Source: the human T2T-CHM13v2.0 reference genome, Homo sapiens. Taken from it: 64,000 bases of DNA. Made by a program: the position numbers and the translations under genes. Within the stretch, counting starts at the first letter, position 1, and every line of letters starts with the position of its first letter. The notes under the pieces are model-generated. The model made no database searches. It saw only the letters and a list, made by a program, of their open reading frames with translations, and had not been told where the DNA came from. Below are positions 13,860 through 25,169 of the stretch, piece after piece. The stretch is from assembly GCF_009914755.1 (NCBI RefSeq), contig NC_060947.1. One strand, given 5' to 3'.

Positions 13860-14397
13860 ATACAAATGAGATTCTACTCAGCCTTAAAACAGAAGGAAAT
13901 TCTGTCATTTGCAACAGCATGAATGAAACTGGAGGACAGAATGTTAAGTGAAATAAACCAGGCATAGAGAAACAAATACCACACAGTCTTACTTATATGT
14001 GAAATCCAAAAAAGTAAAACTCATAGAAGTAGAGAATGGAATGATACTTACCAGGAGCTGGGTGGGAGGCTTAGGAGATGTTGGTCAAAGCATACAAAGT
14101 TCCAATTAGACGAGAAGAACAAGTTTGAAAGATCTATTGTACAGCATGCTGACTATAGTTAATCATAACATAATGCATCTGTCAAAATTGCTAAAACAGT
14201 AGATTTGTAATGTTTTCACCACGAATGATAGGTTTTTAAAGTGGTGAATATGCTAATTAGCTTCATTCAATCATGTAATATATCATGTTTTATATACATG
14301 TGTGTATATCTATATCTATCTATATATAGATATTAAGACCTCAAATTGTACCCTATAAATATATACAATTATTATTTGTCAATTAAAACAAAATAAT
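13860..14397 (+). mobile_element. L1MA-type 3' end
   Basis: GAAGGAAATTCTGTCATTTGCAACA, ACTCATAGAAGTAGAGA, GATCTATTGTACAGCATG, AATATATACAATTATTATTTGTCAATT. Confidence 0.88.
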
Positions 14398-14628
14398 ACC
14401 TTAAAAGGCTCTGAAACTGTAACTTGAGGTTTGGGAATGAGATCAACTTTCCTTTTCTTCATGTAATTTTTTAAATGTTTTCTCTAGAGATTGTCATCAT
14501 CTTGGGGGAAGAGACCTGGATTTGTCAATTTCTCATAAAAGTACTTGAACTTGAGGAAGACAACTGAAAAATATTACCCGTTATTTCCTATCATGAAAAT
14601 AGACTTGAAACAGAACCCTGCCATTCTT

Positions 14629-14927
14629 GGCTGGGCGTGGCGGTTCATGCCTATAATCGCAGCACTTTAGGAGGCCAAGGAGGGCAAATCACTTGAGCTC
14701 ACAAGTTCAAGACCAGCTTGGGTAACATGGTGAAACCTTGTTTCTTACAAACAATACAAAAAATTAGCTGAGTGTGATGGTGCTCACCTGTAGTCCCAGC
14801 TACTTGGAAGGCTGAGGTGGGAGGATGGCTTGAGGCTGGGAAGTGGAGGTTGCAGTGAGCTGAGATGGAGCTACTGTACTCCAGCCTGGGTGACAGAGTG
14901 AGACGTTGTCTCAAAAACAAAACAAAA
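14629..14927 (+). mobile_element. Alu (AluJ-type)
   Basis: Dimeric Alu with GGGAGGATGGCTTGAG; flanking CCATTCTT repeats. Confidence 0.93.
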
Positions 14928-15459
14928 CATTCTACCATTCTTTACATCCTTCTAGAGCAATTGATTGCTCAGCACTAGGATTAGACAAGATAACTTTGTG
15001 GTCATATTTGATCAAGATGAGCAGTATTTCTTCAGTGTAAGGCATTTCTGCATTATTTGATTGGCCCTAACTATTTAGCAATTATGTCTTTCATTTAGCC
15101 TGTATTCATTGCGCTGTATGTTCTTAGGAAAATGTGTGTTGTTTGCATATTCTTTCCAAACAAGGTTTGAATATTTTAAGACAGGGGAGTTTTGTCCTAT
15201 TACTTTATTAACTCTTATATGAGTAGGCTAATTTTCCAAAAACTGGGTACTGTATACAGTTGGACTACAAATAATAATAGCAATCATCATTATTATTATT
15301 ATTATTATATTTCTGGAAAGATATTTTGAGTGCTTAGGGGGGAAAATTATGCTGGCATGCAGCTGCATTAGTCTTAGTACCTAAAAAGGGAAAAAGATGC
15401 TTCAATTATTCATTTCAAATACTCTTATGGGATGAAGAAGATAGGAGATCTGGGTTCAA

Positions 15460-15617
15460 ACAGCAGCACACCTGACAATTTGGACCTGGATTATTATTTG
15501 TGTGGCATGAGACTGTCCCATGCACTGTGAGAGGTTTATCAGCCTTCGTGCTCTCCACCCACTAGAAGCCAATAGCAACCCTCACTCTGAGCCTTGCCAA
15601 GGAAAAACGTCTCAAGA
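15460..15617 (-). mobile_element. MER20 fragment
   Basis: CTGTCCCATGCACTGTGAGAGGTTTA...CACCCACTAGAAGCCAATAGCA is antisense MER20. Confidence 0.7.
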
Positions 15618-15621
15618 TTAA

Positions 15622-15872
15622 AGTTAAAGATGATGAAGGCATCCAGGTTAGGATGTGCTCTAGGTGGTATAAAAGGAGATTAGAATGACATATACATACA
15701 CAATAGGATTTCATTCAGCCTTAAAATAGAAGGAAATTCTGTCATTTGTAAAAGTATGGATAAAGCTGGAGGAGATTATGCTAAGTGAAACAACCCAGGA
15801 GTAGAGAGACAAATACCACATAATCTCACTTACATGTGGAATCTAAAAAAGTCAAACTCATAGAAGTAGAGA
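15622..15872 (+). repeat. Diverged direct duplicate of 13783-14035 (non-L1 flank plus L1MA start)
   Basis: Both copies begin AGTTAAAGRTGATGAAGGCAWCCARGTTAGGATGT and enter L1MA sequence at the same offset. Confidence 0.8.
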
Positions 15873-15880
15873 GTAGTGAC

Positions 15881-15995
15881 CAGGGGGGATTGCCAGATTT
15901 AGCAAATAGGGCAAGTTAATTTTGATTTGCAGAAAAAAATGAGTAATTATTTAGTGTAAGTATGTCCCTTGCAATATTTTGTCTGGAAAGCCTGC
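15881..15995. mobile_element. MER53 MITE fragment
   Basis: GGATTGCCAGATTTAGCAAATA...TAGTGTAAGTATGTCCC...TCTGGAAAGCCT. Confidence 0.7.
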
Positions 15996-16956
15996 CTGGT
16001 GTGTAAACATCACCTTCAGTGTGCTCTTCTTATTTCTGTCTTCTTAAATTTACAAATACCTCAGGATCTCAGGCTTTGCAAGGAGACATGACATTTTACA
16101 TTAGGAGAGTACTCAATGCTGTTCTACCTGTATATTTTTAGGTAAAATCACAAATTCAGAACGATCTATCTCAGGGGCCCACATTGTCCCCATTTATTGT
16201 TAATTGCATATTTTCCACCTTCCTCCATCTACGAAACTCAGACAGTGTTAAACACTGACGTGTGCTAAATGCATCTATTACTTGAGTAGGATTAGAATTC
16301 TATTGCAAATTTCTCAATGCCCCTTTAGAATTCCTCTTGTGGGAAAGAACTGAAAGTTCTAATTATATTTCATGGGCTTGATGAATCTCTCGTCTGTAAC
16401 AGTTTTTCCTCCAGGTTATTTCTGCTTGGAAATCTTAAGTTGGTAAAAAAATAAAGTGTACTCTTCTGCCTGAGGAACTGAGTGGCCTTTATCTTCCAGC
16501 CTGCTGGTCCTAATCTAATTACCTGGTGTGAAGAGTCATTTTTGGCAGTGAGACTAGACTGCACTGGCAATGGGTAATGCCTCCTAACACAACAGCCAGC
16601 AGACCCACAAAATTAAAAGGAGGCATTTCATAGGTTATTTCTGGCAAGTTTTAGAGCTGATGAAAGCCTCAAGTAGCTTTTACTCAGAGATTAATGCATA
16701 AAATAGATGCATAAAAGTTGCAATGGGTTTATAAACTAAGTACACGGATCTGTGTGTTCCTTTTAAAAAAAATTGGGTCTACCTCTATTCCCTCAGACTC
16801 TGAACATGGAAAGAACTCAATAAATGCTAATCGCTAAAGGGAGGTTAAAATAGAGTGTCTCCACCTTAACCAGAAGCTTATACTTTTCTACTGGTGAATC
16901 ATGTCACTCTTAGCCTTTTTCTTGTTTTCTTTCTATAAAATAAATTGTCCTCATCT

Positions 16957-17279
16957 GTGATAGTGATAATGGTAATGATGGTGATGGTGGGGACGCTGAT
17001 GATGGTGATGATGATGGTGATGGTGATGATGGCAATGATGGTTATGGTAATGATGGTAATAATGATAGCAATGATGGTGATAACAGTGATGATAATGGTG
17101 ATGATGGTAATAATGTTGATGATGGTGGTGATGATGATGTTGGTGATGATGGGGATGATGATGATCGTGATGACGGTGATAATGATAATGATGATGGTGA
17201 TGGCGATGATGATGATGGTGATGATAGTGATGGTGTTGGTGATGATGGTGGTAATGATGATAAAGATGATGACGATGAT
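16957..17279. repeat. Long imperfect (GAT/GGT/AAT)n trinucleotide tract
   Basis: Direct reading; about 108 triplets in register. Confidence 0.95.
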
Positions 17280-17587
17280 TTTATCTCTGTTCTACTTATT
17301 TATTTTAAATTTTAACAAGCTTTTAGTAAGTGTTCTTCACTAAGATTGTGATCAGCTTAAATCACTCCAAGAACAAGTCTAAAATCTTTTTAAGAAAACA
17401 AGACGTCACATACACAAAAAGATGAGCAACACTGTGAGTAACAAGTAATTGAGAAACAGCCTTGAGGCTAATGGAAATGCACTGTAAGTTTCCTGTATCT
17501 GGGCTCTCCCATATGTGTCTCTACTAACTCACATTATACTCTAGTACTCTAGTTTCAGTATTTTATCTCTCCTTTGTAACACATTCT

Positions 17588-17921
<334 letters not shown>

Positions 17922-19234
17922 TGATGGGAAACCACTCTCCTTTCTCTAGCAAATAATGACTACCTGTAATGACTACCCTCTAGCTGTAATGACTTTGCCC
18001 CTTCCTCACCTTTATTTAAAACCTGTCTGTCTTTCAAAAATGCCTCTTCGACATCTGCGTCCTCTGATTTCTCCAACCCACATTGATCTCCTTTCCCTTA
18101 GGACACACTATTATTGGGGTCTAATTTGTGATGGAATTACAAACTAATTTACCTTGCTACTCAGCAATTCCATGAACATATGCGCTGCTTTAACCATCTA
18201 ACATAACACAGACAAATGGGCAACAGGTTTGGTTGACTAGAAAAATCAGAAACAGAAAAAAACCTGTGTGTTTATACTTGTAACTTTTAATCAATAGACG
18301 TAAACAATTTTTTAAAAATCAGCCTCATAACGAAATTTAGGGTATAATACAGCAGAAATGAATGAAAACCAACAATGAAGCAATTCCTCCCCTGCTCCCA
18401 CCAAATCTGCACCCACCAAATCAAAGCTATTAGCAACATATTGATAAATGTCAATACTTTGATCACTCTATATGATCGATTGCCTTTCTGAAGGCTTACT
18501 TTTCCTTTACTATATTAAAAAATTGTTTTTCAGGCTTCAAAAAATTCAATTATACTTAAAAATTCTAATAACCCTTCTAGTAGTAGCGTATTCATATTTT
18601 AATTTTTTAAAATATTGTTCTAAGTAAATAATGTAAAAAGAGGAGAAAACAAAAGAAAAGGGAGAGTAACAGCACAAAGTCATCAGTATTTACCTCTCAG
18701 TGTTGACTGGGGCACAATTATCTCGTTTTTATTCAGCTAAAAAAGAAAAAAAATGTTAGTTATTTTCTTTTCACTTTTATTGTGTGATCCACAGCACATA
18801 GTCAACACTCTTTGGACATCTGCCCACTCTGTTTCCAGCGCTGGGCAAACACTTGAGCCACTAACCTGGAGCAGAGGACACCTCTGCCCTGGAATGCAGC
18901 AGGCAACAGGATCCCTGCATGGAGAGATGGGCACTGTTTGAAAGTTACTTGGCTTAATAAGCGATTGGGTAGTAAATGCCAGTCAAGGTGACATCTGATA
19001 CCAAGTTTTGAAGAAGAGAGAGAAGTTGCCCCAGTGTACATGAGGCAAAGGTATTTTCTACTTCTGGGAGGGAGGGGTGAAAGGAGACAGTAGAGAAGGA
19101 AACTGGATAAGAGAAGAATCAAAGGAAGATGAACATCGGTCGCTGTTGTGTGGGTGTGTGGTTTGTATGAAAGAAAACCCTACATGGATGAGATATTGGG
19201 ATTTTGAGAAGAGACATTTGTAAAATGCAGTGTT

Positions 19235-19752
19235 ATTTACTTATTTAATATTTTCTACCTTTATTCGGGATTCAGGGGAGTACATGTTCAGATTTGTTAC
19301 ATGGGTATATTGTGTGATGCTGAGGTTTGAGGTACAATTTATCCCATCACTCAGGTAGTAAGCATAGTACCCAATAGTTAGTTTGTAACCTTTGTCACCT
19401 TTCCTTCTTACCCTTTCTAGTAGTCACCAGCGTCAATTGTTGCCATCTTTATGTCCGTGAGTACGCCATGTTTAGCTCCTACTTAAAAGTGAGAACATAC
19501 AGTATTTGATTTTCTATTCCTGTGTTAATGCTTTTAAAATAGTGGCCTCCACCTGCATTCATGTTGCTGCAAAGGAAATGATTTTGTTCTTTTTTATGGC
19601 TGTGTAGTATTCCATGGTATATATGTACCAGATTTGCTTATGAAATCCATTATTGATGGGGGATCTAGGTTGATTTCATATTTTGGCTATTGTGAATAGT
19701 GCCACAATGAACATGGGAGTGCAGATCTCTCTTTGACGTACTGGTTTCATTT
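19235..19752 (-). mobile_element. Primate L1 3' end (old L1PA/L1PB-type)
   Basis: TTTGTTACATGGGTATATTGTGTGATGCTGAGGTTTG, CATGTTGCTGCAAAGG, GGCTATTGTGAATAGTG. Confidence 0.9.
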
Positions 19753-20269
19753 GGTTTGTTTTAAGACACAGTAAAGAGTTTGTGAATTGGATCTACTTCT
19801 GGTGATTTGGGTGACACAAATGCTACTGTTGCTGATCTTTTTGTTTTGGAGCCAATTTCAGAATTTGCCAGATCCTTGTAACAGATGTGATTCAATTTTA
19901 CAAAGCCTAGTTCAATGAATAGAATCATTAAGATGTTACTCCTAAAAGAGGTAAGTGATACCTTACGTCAGCTCTATGTTGGTCCTCTGTTTAAGGATGG
20001 CCAGCCCTAAAAGGTTGAGAAACCACTTGCCTAGATAATTTGTAATAGGTCCTCAGAAACCCCACTTGCCTTCCGGTTTTGTCGATAGCTATGTAATATA
20101 TCTTCTCCTCATTCAAGGGAATCACTGGCCTGTCCACTCCATCCTGTCACCTCTGATGATCTGCAAACTTCAGACCTCCAGGGACTTTGGAGCCAGTCAC
20201 AGGTAACAAACTCCATTCTCAGCACTTTGTTTGATTATTAAGAAACAAAACAATAACAACAATAACAAA

Positions 20270-20415
20270 ACAAGGACTCTCAGCTGAATTTTAGATAAAC
20301 AATGAACACATTTTTAAAAGTATCAGTATATCCCAGATATTGCATGGGACATGCTTACACTAAGAAAAAAACCAATCGTGAATCTGAAATTCAAATGTAA
20401 CAGCTCATCTTGCGT
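20270..20415. mobile_element. MER53 palindromic MITE
   Basis: TGAATTTTAGATAAACAATGAA...ATATTGCATGGGACATGCTTACACTAA...ATCTGAAATTCAAAT. Confidence 0.75.
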
Positions 20416-20709
20416 TTCAGGTACTAACTCTTCCTAATCATCAGTCCCAGGGGGGACCTATTGCCAGGTCAACCCATCTGAAAGCCCTGGCAGCAGATAC
20501 AACTCGGCCACATTTATCCCAGGAGTGTATCTTGGTCCTACAACCAAGCAAGTCCACTGTGTTTAGACATGCCATGGGGAACGCTGGTTGCAAAGATCAC
20601 TTAGCGGGAGGAGAGTGATTAAGGGGTTATTTGCTTACAACTATAACCTGTATCTGTATTATATTACCAGCTCACCTAACAAGCTTCAGGAATTTGTGTA
20701 ATAAGGCTC

Positions 20710-20778
20710 AAAACATCACATATACCACACAAACATATACACCTACTATGTGCCCACAAAAATTAAAAAGGAAAAAAA
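20710..20778 (+). mobile_element. L1MA extreme 3' end
   Basis: ATATACACCTACTATGTGCCCACAAAAATTAAAAA. Confidence 0.7.
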
Positions 20779-21745
20779 CTAATGAGAAACATTAGCTCAT
20801 TGGAAGATTTGAGTGTGAACACACACACACAGACACACACTGCACACCAGGATTTTGGCAGTTATTTTCTTCCCCCAAAAAAGCTATAATTTTCTCAATT
20901 CAACTGGAAACAAATGTGTTCTTTGATGGAGCACTAACTGGCACTAGAAAAAAGCAGCTTATCTTGGTATACTAACAAATTGACTGGTAGGAATTATTTG
21001 AGTGTACTGTTCTTTATGTATATAAGCAGCTGCCTACAATTAAATTTAGATCATAAAAGCATTTATAATTAGTTATTTAAAGTTGTATTTCTTTTTACTT
21101 TACTTTCATTGTCTATTTTTCCCCTGGGAAAAAGGAAAATGATGTTTTAGGTGTCTAAGTAGTATAATACATTTGTTCCTGGTCGCAGTTGCTTTAAAGA
21201 TGGAAAAGCACAAATTTGAAGTTTCTCGAATTGCACCACTTTGTTTATATAGCTTCATGCTAGATGGATGCCTGGATTCAACTGGATCTGAGCGGCAGTG
21301 AGCCTTTAAAATACTAGGTTTGAAGAATTTGATGACTTACTGAAATGTTGACATGTACTCGTAAATCAAGATTTATTATGAATTCCTATTCCCTCAGTAA
21401 AAACAACAACAAGGAAGGAAATTTGGCTTGTATTTATTGCTCAGTAATAGTTGTTATATCCATTAAAATAATGCTGCAAAGCACTGGTCTATGCCTCTGG
21501 AGGTCTTCTGCAGAGCAGCATCTTTAAATTGTCATTTTGGTGGCATTATTAAAGTCAGATATAATCACAGGATGGAGTGCATGGTTCATTTTTCCATGTC
21601 GTAATCACATTTTTCGCATAACATGATACCACAAATAGACATTTTCTTACCAGTAGATCAGAACTGGTGGCACTTTTGCTCACTAGGGGAAACTTAGAAA
21701 GGTTTTGTAAGTCATTCTCACATTGCTGGTTGAGAAGCACTATTC

Positions 21746-22403
21746 AGGTCTGTTACGTAGGTAAATTGTGGGTCACGGGGGTTTGGTGTACAGATTATTT
21801 CATCATCCGGGTGATAAGCGTGGTATCCAATAGGTAATTTTTTAATTCTCTCCCTCCTCCCACCCTTCACCCTCAAGTAGACCCTTGTCTCTGTTGTTCC
21901 TTTCTTTGTGTCCACGTGTGCTCAATGTTTCGATCCCACTTATAAGTGAGAACATGCAGCCTTTGGATTTCTGTTCCTGCATTCATTTTCTAAGGATTAT
22001 GGCCTCCAGCTGCGTTCATGTTGTTGCAAAGATATGATCTCATTCTTCTTAAGGCTATGTAGTATTCCATCTTGTATAGACACCTCATTTTTTAAAATTC
22101 AATCTACCATTGATGGGCACCTAGGTTGATTCCACGTCTTTGCTATTGTGAATTGTGCTGCGGTGAACATGTGAGTGCATGTGTCTGTTTGGTAGAAGGA
22201 CTTATTTTCCTTTGGGTCTATATCCAGTAATGGGATAGCTGGGTCAAATAGTCTTTCTGTTTTAAGTTCTTTGAGAAATCACCAAACTGCTTTCCAAAGC
22301 AGATGAACTAATTTACATTCCTACTGGCAGTGTACAAGCATTCTCTTTTATCCACAACCTCACCAACATCTGTTTTTTTTTGACTTTTTAATAATAGCCA
22401 TTC
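21746..22403 (-). mobile_element. L1PA (old) 3' region lacking its own poly(A) end
   Basis: Antisense L1 3'UTR/ORF2 end; flanked by AAGCACTATTC at 21735-21745 and 22407-22417. Confidence 0.9.
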
Positions 22404-23225
22404 AAAAAGCACTATTCTGGATAATTGATTTCATTTAGGCAAAAATCTCTTTATACAGGATAAAATTAAAACTTTATCTGTTTACCACATTGTGTCTCTA
22501 TCCATCTATATTAATCTATAGCTATCTATATTTATATCTATGTATGTATATATAGATACAGAAATTTATGTATTTTAAGTATATATCACATAATAAATAA
22601 AATATTAATTAAATCAATTTTATTAATGTACAATACAAATTCATATAATATATGTATTTTTAAGCATTTTTTAAATTTCTAAGACTTTTCTTGATATCCC
22701 CCAAAATATCAATGACAGACTGGTAACTCCAAAAATTTTAAAGACACATGTCCCTCAAAATAGTATAAACTTTTTTTTCCTCTCCTGTAAAAACCACTAT
22801 TGTGAACATTCTATTAATCATCCCTAGTTGTCTAAAGAGTAAAGGAGTTACCCACCATTTTTTCTGCACCTGCTGCAGTGCTCTTCGGCCACTGCACGGA
22901 CTCCCTCACTTCTAACGGGGTCAAGTGAGGGCTGCCCTGCTTGGCTGCATGCATTCTTCACTTCACACATGGTAGACAAATCCATCGGGACAATCCAGAC
23001 CCTGCTGGGATCACCAAATCATGTCATGAGTCTGCATCCACCTGGCTAACTCCCTACAACAAAGCAGAGTCAATAATCAGTAGTGCTGCCTCCAAGAAAC
23101 CCTGCTGTCCTGAAATTCTAGGTGTCCTTGCACTATGGGGACTTCTGGAAGTCCTACTTAGGTTTGATCGTTTGTAACTTTCCTGTACATATCTTCCATA
23201 AATCCCCATCATCTGAAATACTCTG

Positions 23226-23391
23226 TCTGCATCCCCATCCTTGCCATCTAAAATTACCAATATGCATTATTTACAAATACCGTTTTCTAGGAGGATTGGA
23301 CCCATTGATCTGCATCCCCATCCTTGCCATCTAAAATTACCAAAATGCATTATTTACAAATACCGTTTTCTAGGAGGTTTGGACCCATCGA
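23226..23391. repeat. 83-bp tandem duplication (2 copies, 3 mismatches)
   Basis: Copies at 23226-23308 and 23309-23391. Confidence 0.97.
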
Positions 23392-23564
23392 TGCCAACGA
23401 GTAGCACAGTTGAGATGAAGCATTGATGTCATGAATCTTGAAGAATTTTCCGCAAACATGTTCTTTAGACTAGTCATAAAACAGCAGGATATTCTGTCCA
23501 TGTTTATTATTTTTGTGTCTATACTGGGACAGGTGATGATTAAAGCATCATTCACTGAAATTGA

Positions 23565-24660
23565 AAACAAAAATTGGAAAGAAATTCAAAGAGATGATTA
23601 TAATTGATAAATCATGACTGAGACTGACAAATTAAAAGCACAGATTACCAGAGTGAATAATAAAAAGAAATGACACTGAAAGGGAAATAAGAGAATATTA
23701 CCACTAAATTTATGACTATACATTTGATGACTAAGAGGAAATGGAAAAATTCCTGGAAAAGCGTAACACTGTGAAACCAGCACAAGAAGCAATAGAAAAT
23801 TTGGGCAGTACTACATCTAGTTTTAAAAAAAGAATGAAAATTTCAATTAAATATGAGTTTCAATACTAATATGGGTCTCAAAAATTTAACATGGGTTTCA
23901 ACATTTCCCATAAATGAAACTTCAGGTCCTGACTGTTTTCCGAGTAAATTCTACCAAATATTTACTATGGAAACAATGCTAAATCTATACAAACTTTATG
24001 TTACAGGATTACGGAATAAAGAGAATGTATGTAACTCCTTTAATGTGGTTAACATAATCCTAATACTTAAACTTTACTACATTATCCCTTTCCACCCCAT
24101 TATACAGTATCTTTCATCATATAGACACCAAAAATCTTTATAAAATTTAGCCATATATTAGTCCACAAAGAGTCTATATTTCAAACTATAATTGCTTAAA
24201 CTGAATTCTGTGACAAAGTATAAAAGGACTATGAATATAGGAAAATTGTGGACCACATGAATTTGTTTATTTTCAAATCAGCAAATGAATTTTAAGCTGA
24301 GACATCAAAACTTTAATCTCAAACCATCTGGATAAAATATATAAAATATTACATGTCTAAAACTGTAGTATAAATAAAGCCCAAGAGACATTTCCAAATG
24401 TAGACACCTTTAATAATAAACACATATTAAACTAATAAATTATACTCAATTTGTTTAAAAGAAAACAAAATATTATTAAAGAGACAGGAAGAAAATAATT
24501 TGTAAATATAATAACATTCTGATCAATTGAGGGGCTGGTTCTGTTGGGAAACAAAACCAGTGATATGTAAATAGCTAATCTCCTCCTGGAGAGAACAAAG
24601 AAAATAATCAGTTCAAAAATTTATAAAAGACAAAAAGGAAGCAAACAGAGAAACTAAATT
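23565..24660 (+). mobile_element. Old L1M ORF2 fragments
   Basis: GAAATGGAAAAATTCCTGGAAAA, TTCAGGTCCTGACTGTTTTCCGAGTAAATTCTACCAAATATTTA. Confidence 0.6.
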
Positions 24661-24675
24661 CAGCACAATTAATAG

Positions 24676-24870
24676 TTTGAGACCAGCCTGGACAACATGG
24701 CAAAACCCCATCTGTACAAAAAGTACTAAAAGTAGCTGTGTGCATGACTATAGTACCAACTACTCAGGGGGTTGAGGTAGAAGAATTGCTTGAGCCCAGA
24801 AGGTCAATGCTGCAGTGAGCCATGATTGCGCCACTGCACCCTGGGCAACAGAGCGAGATCCTCTCTCAAA
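24676..24870 (+). mobile_element. 5'-truncated Alu (AluJ-type)
   Basis: GTTTGAGACCAGCCTGG...GCTTGAGCCCAGAAGGTCAATGCTGCAGTGAGCCATGAT. Confidence 0.88.
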
Positions 24871-24999
24871 CTAGAGTAGAAACAGATTTTTTTCCTAATA
24901 ATAAATAAATAAATGTAGGTGTACCGATTGCTTAATGAATTAATGAGTTTCTCCTGGAAGAGTGTGTCATGGAATCTAGATTTGGAAATTCCGTGTTAG

Positions 25000-25165
25000 A
25001 GCAGCACTTTTCTACCATGCTTTGAGCATTTCAGTCCTCTGGGATTCTGCTTAGTGCAGGTTCCAGTTCTCTGTGTCTGGGGTTGTGTCTTTGATTCTTC
25101 ATTTCTAACAAGCTCCAAGCTGAGACTGATGCTACCCATTCATGGACCACCCTTGGAGTAGAAAG
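25000..25165. mobile_element. MER5A-like MITE
   Basis: CATTTCTAACAAGCTCC...TGATGCT...ATGGACCACCCTTGGAGTAG. Confidence 0.6.
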
Positions 25166-25169
25166 TAGT

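Noticed and set aside
16945-17343. 132-aa Met/Val/Ile ORF resembling a membrane protein
   Set aside because: Translation of the (GAT)n tract; no promoter, splice or homology support.
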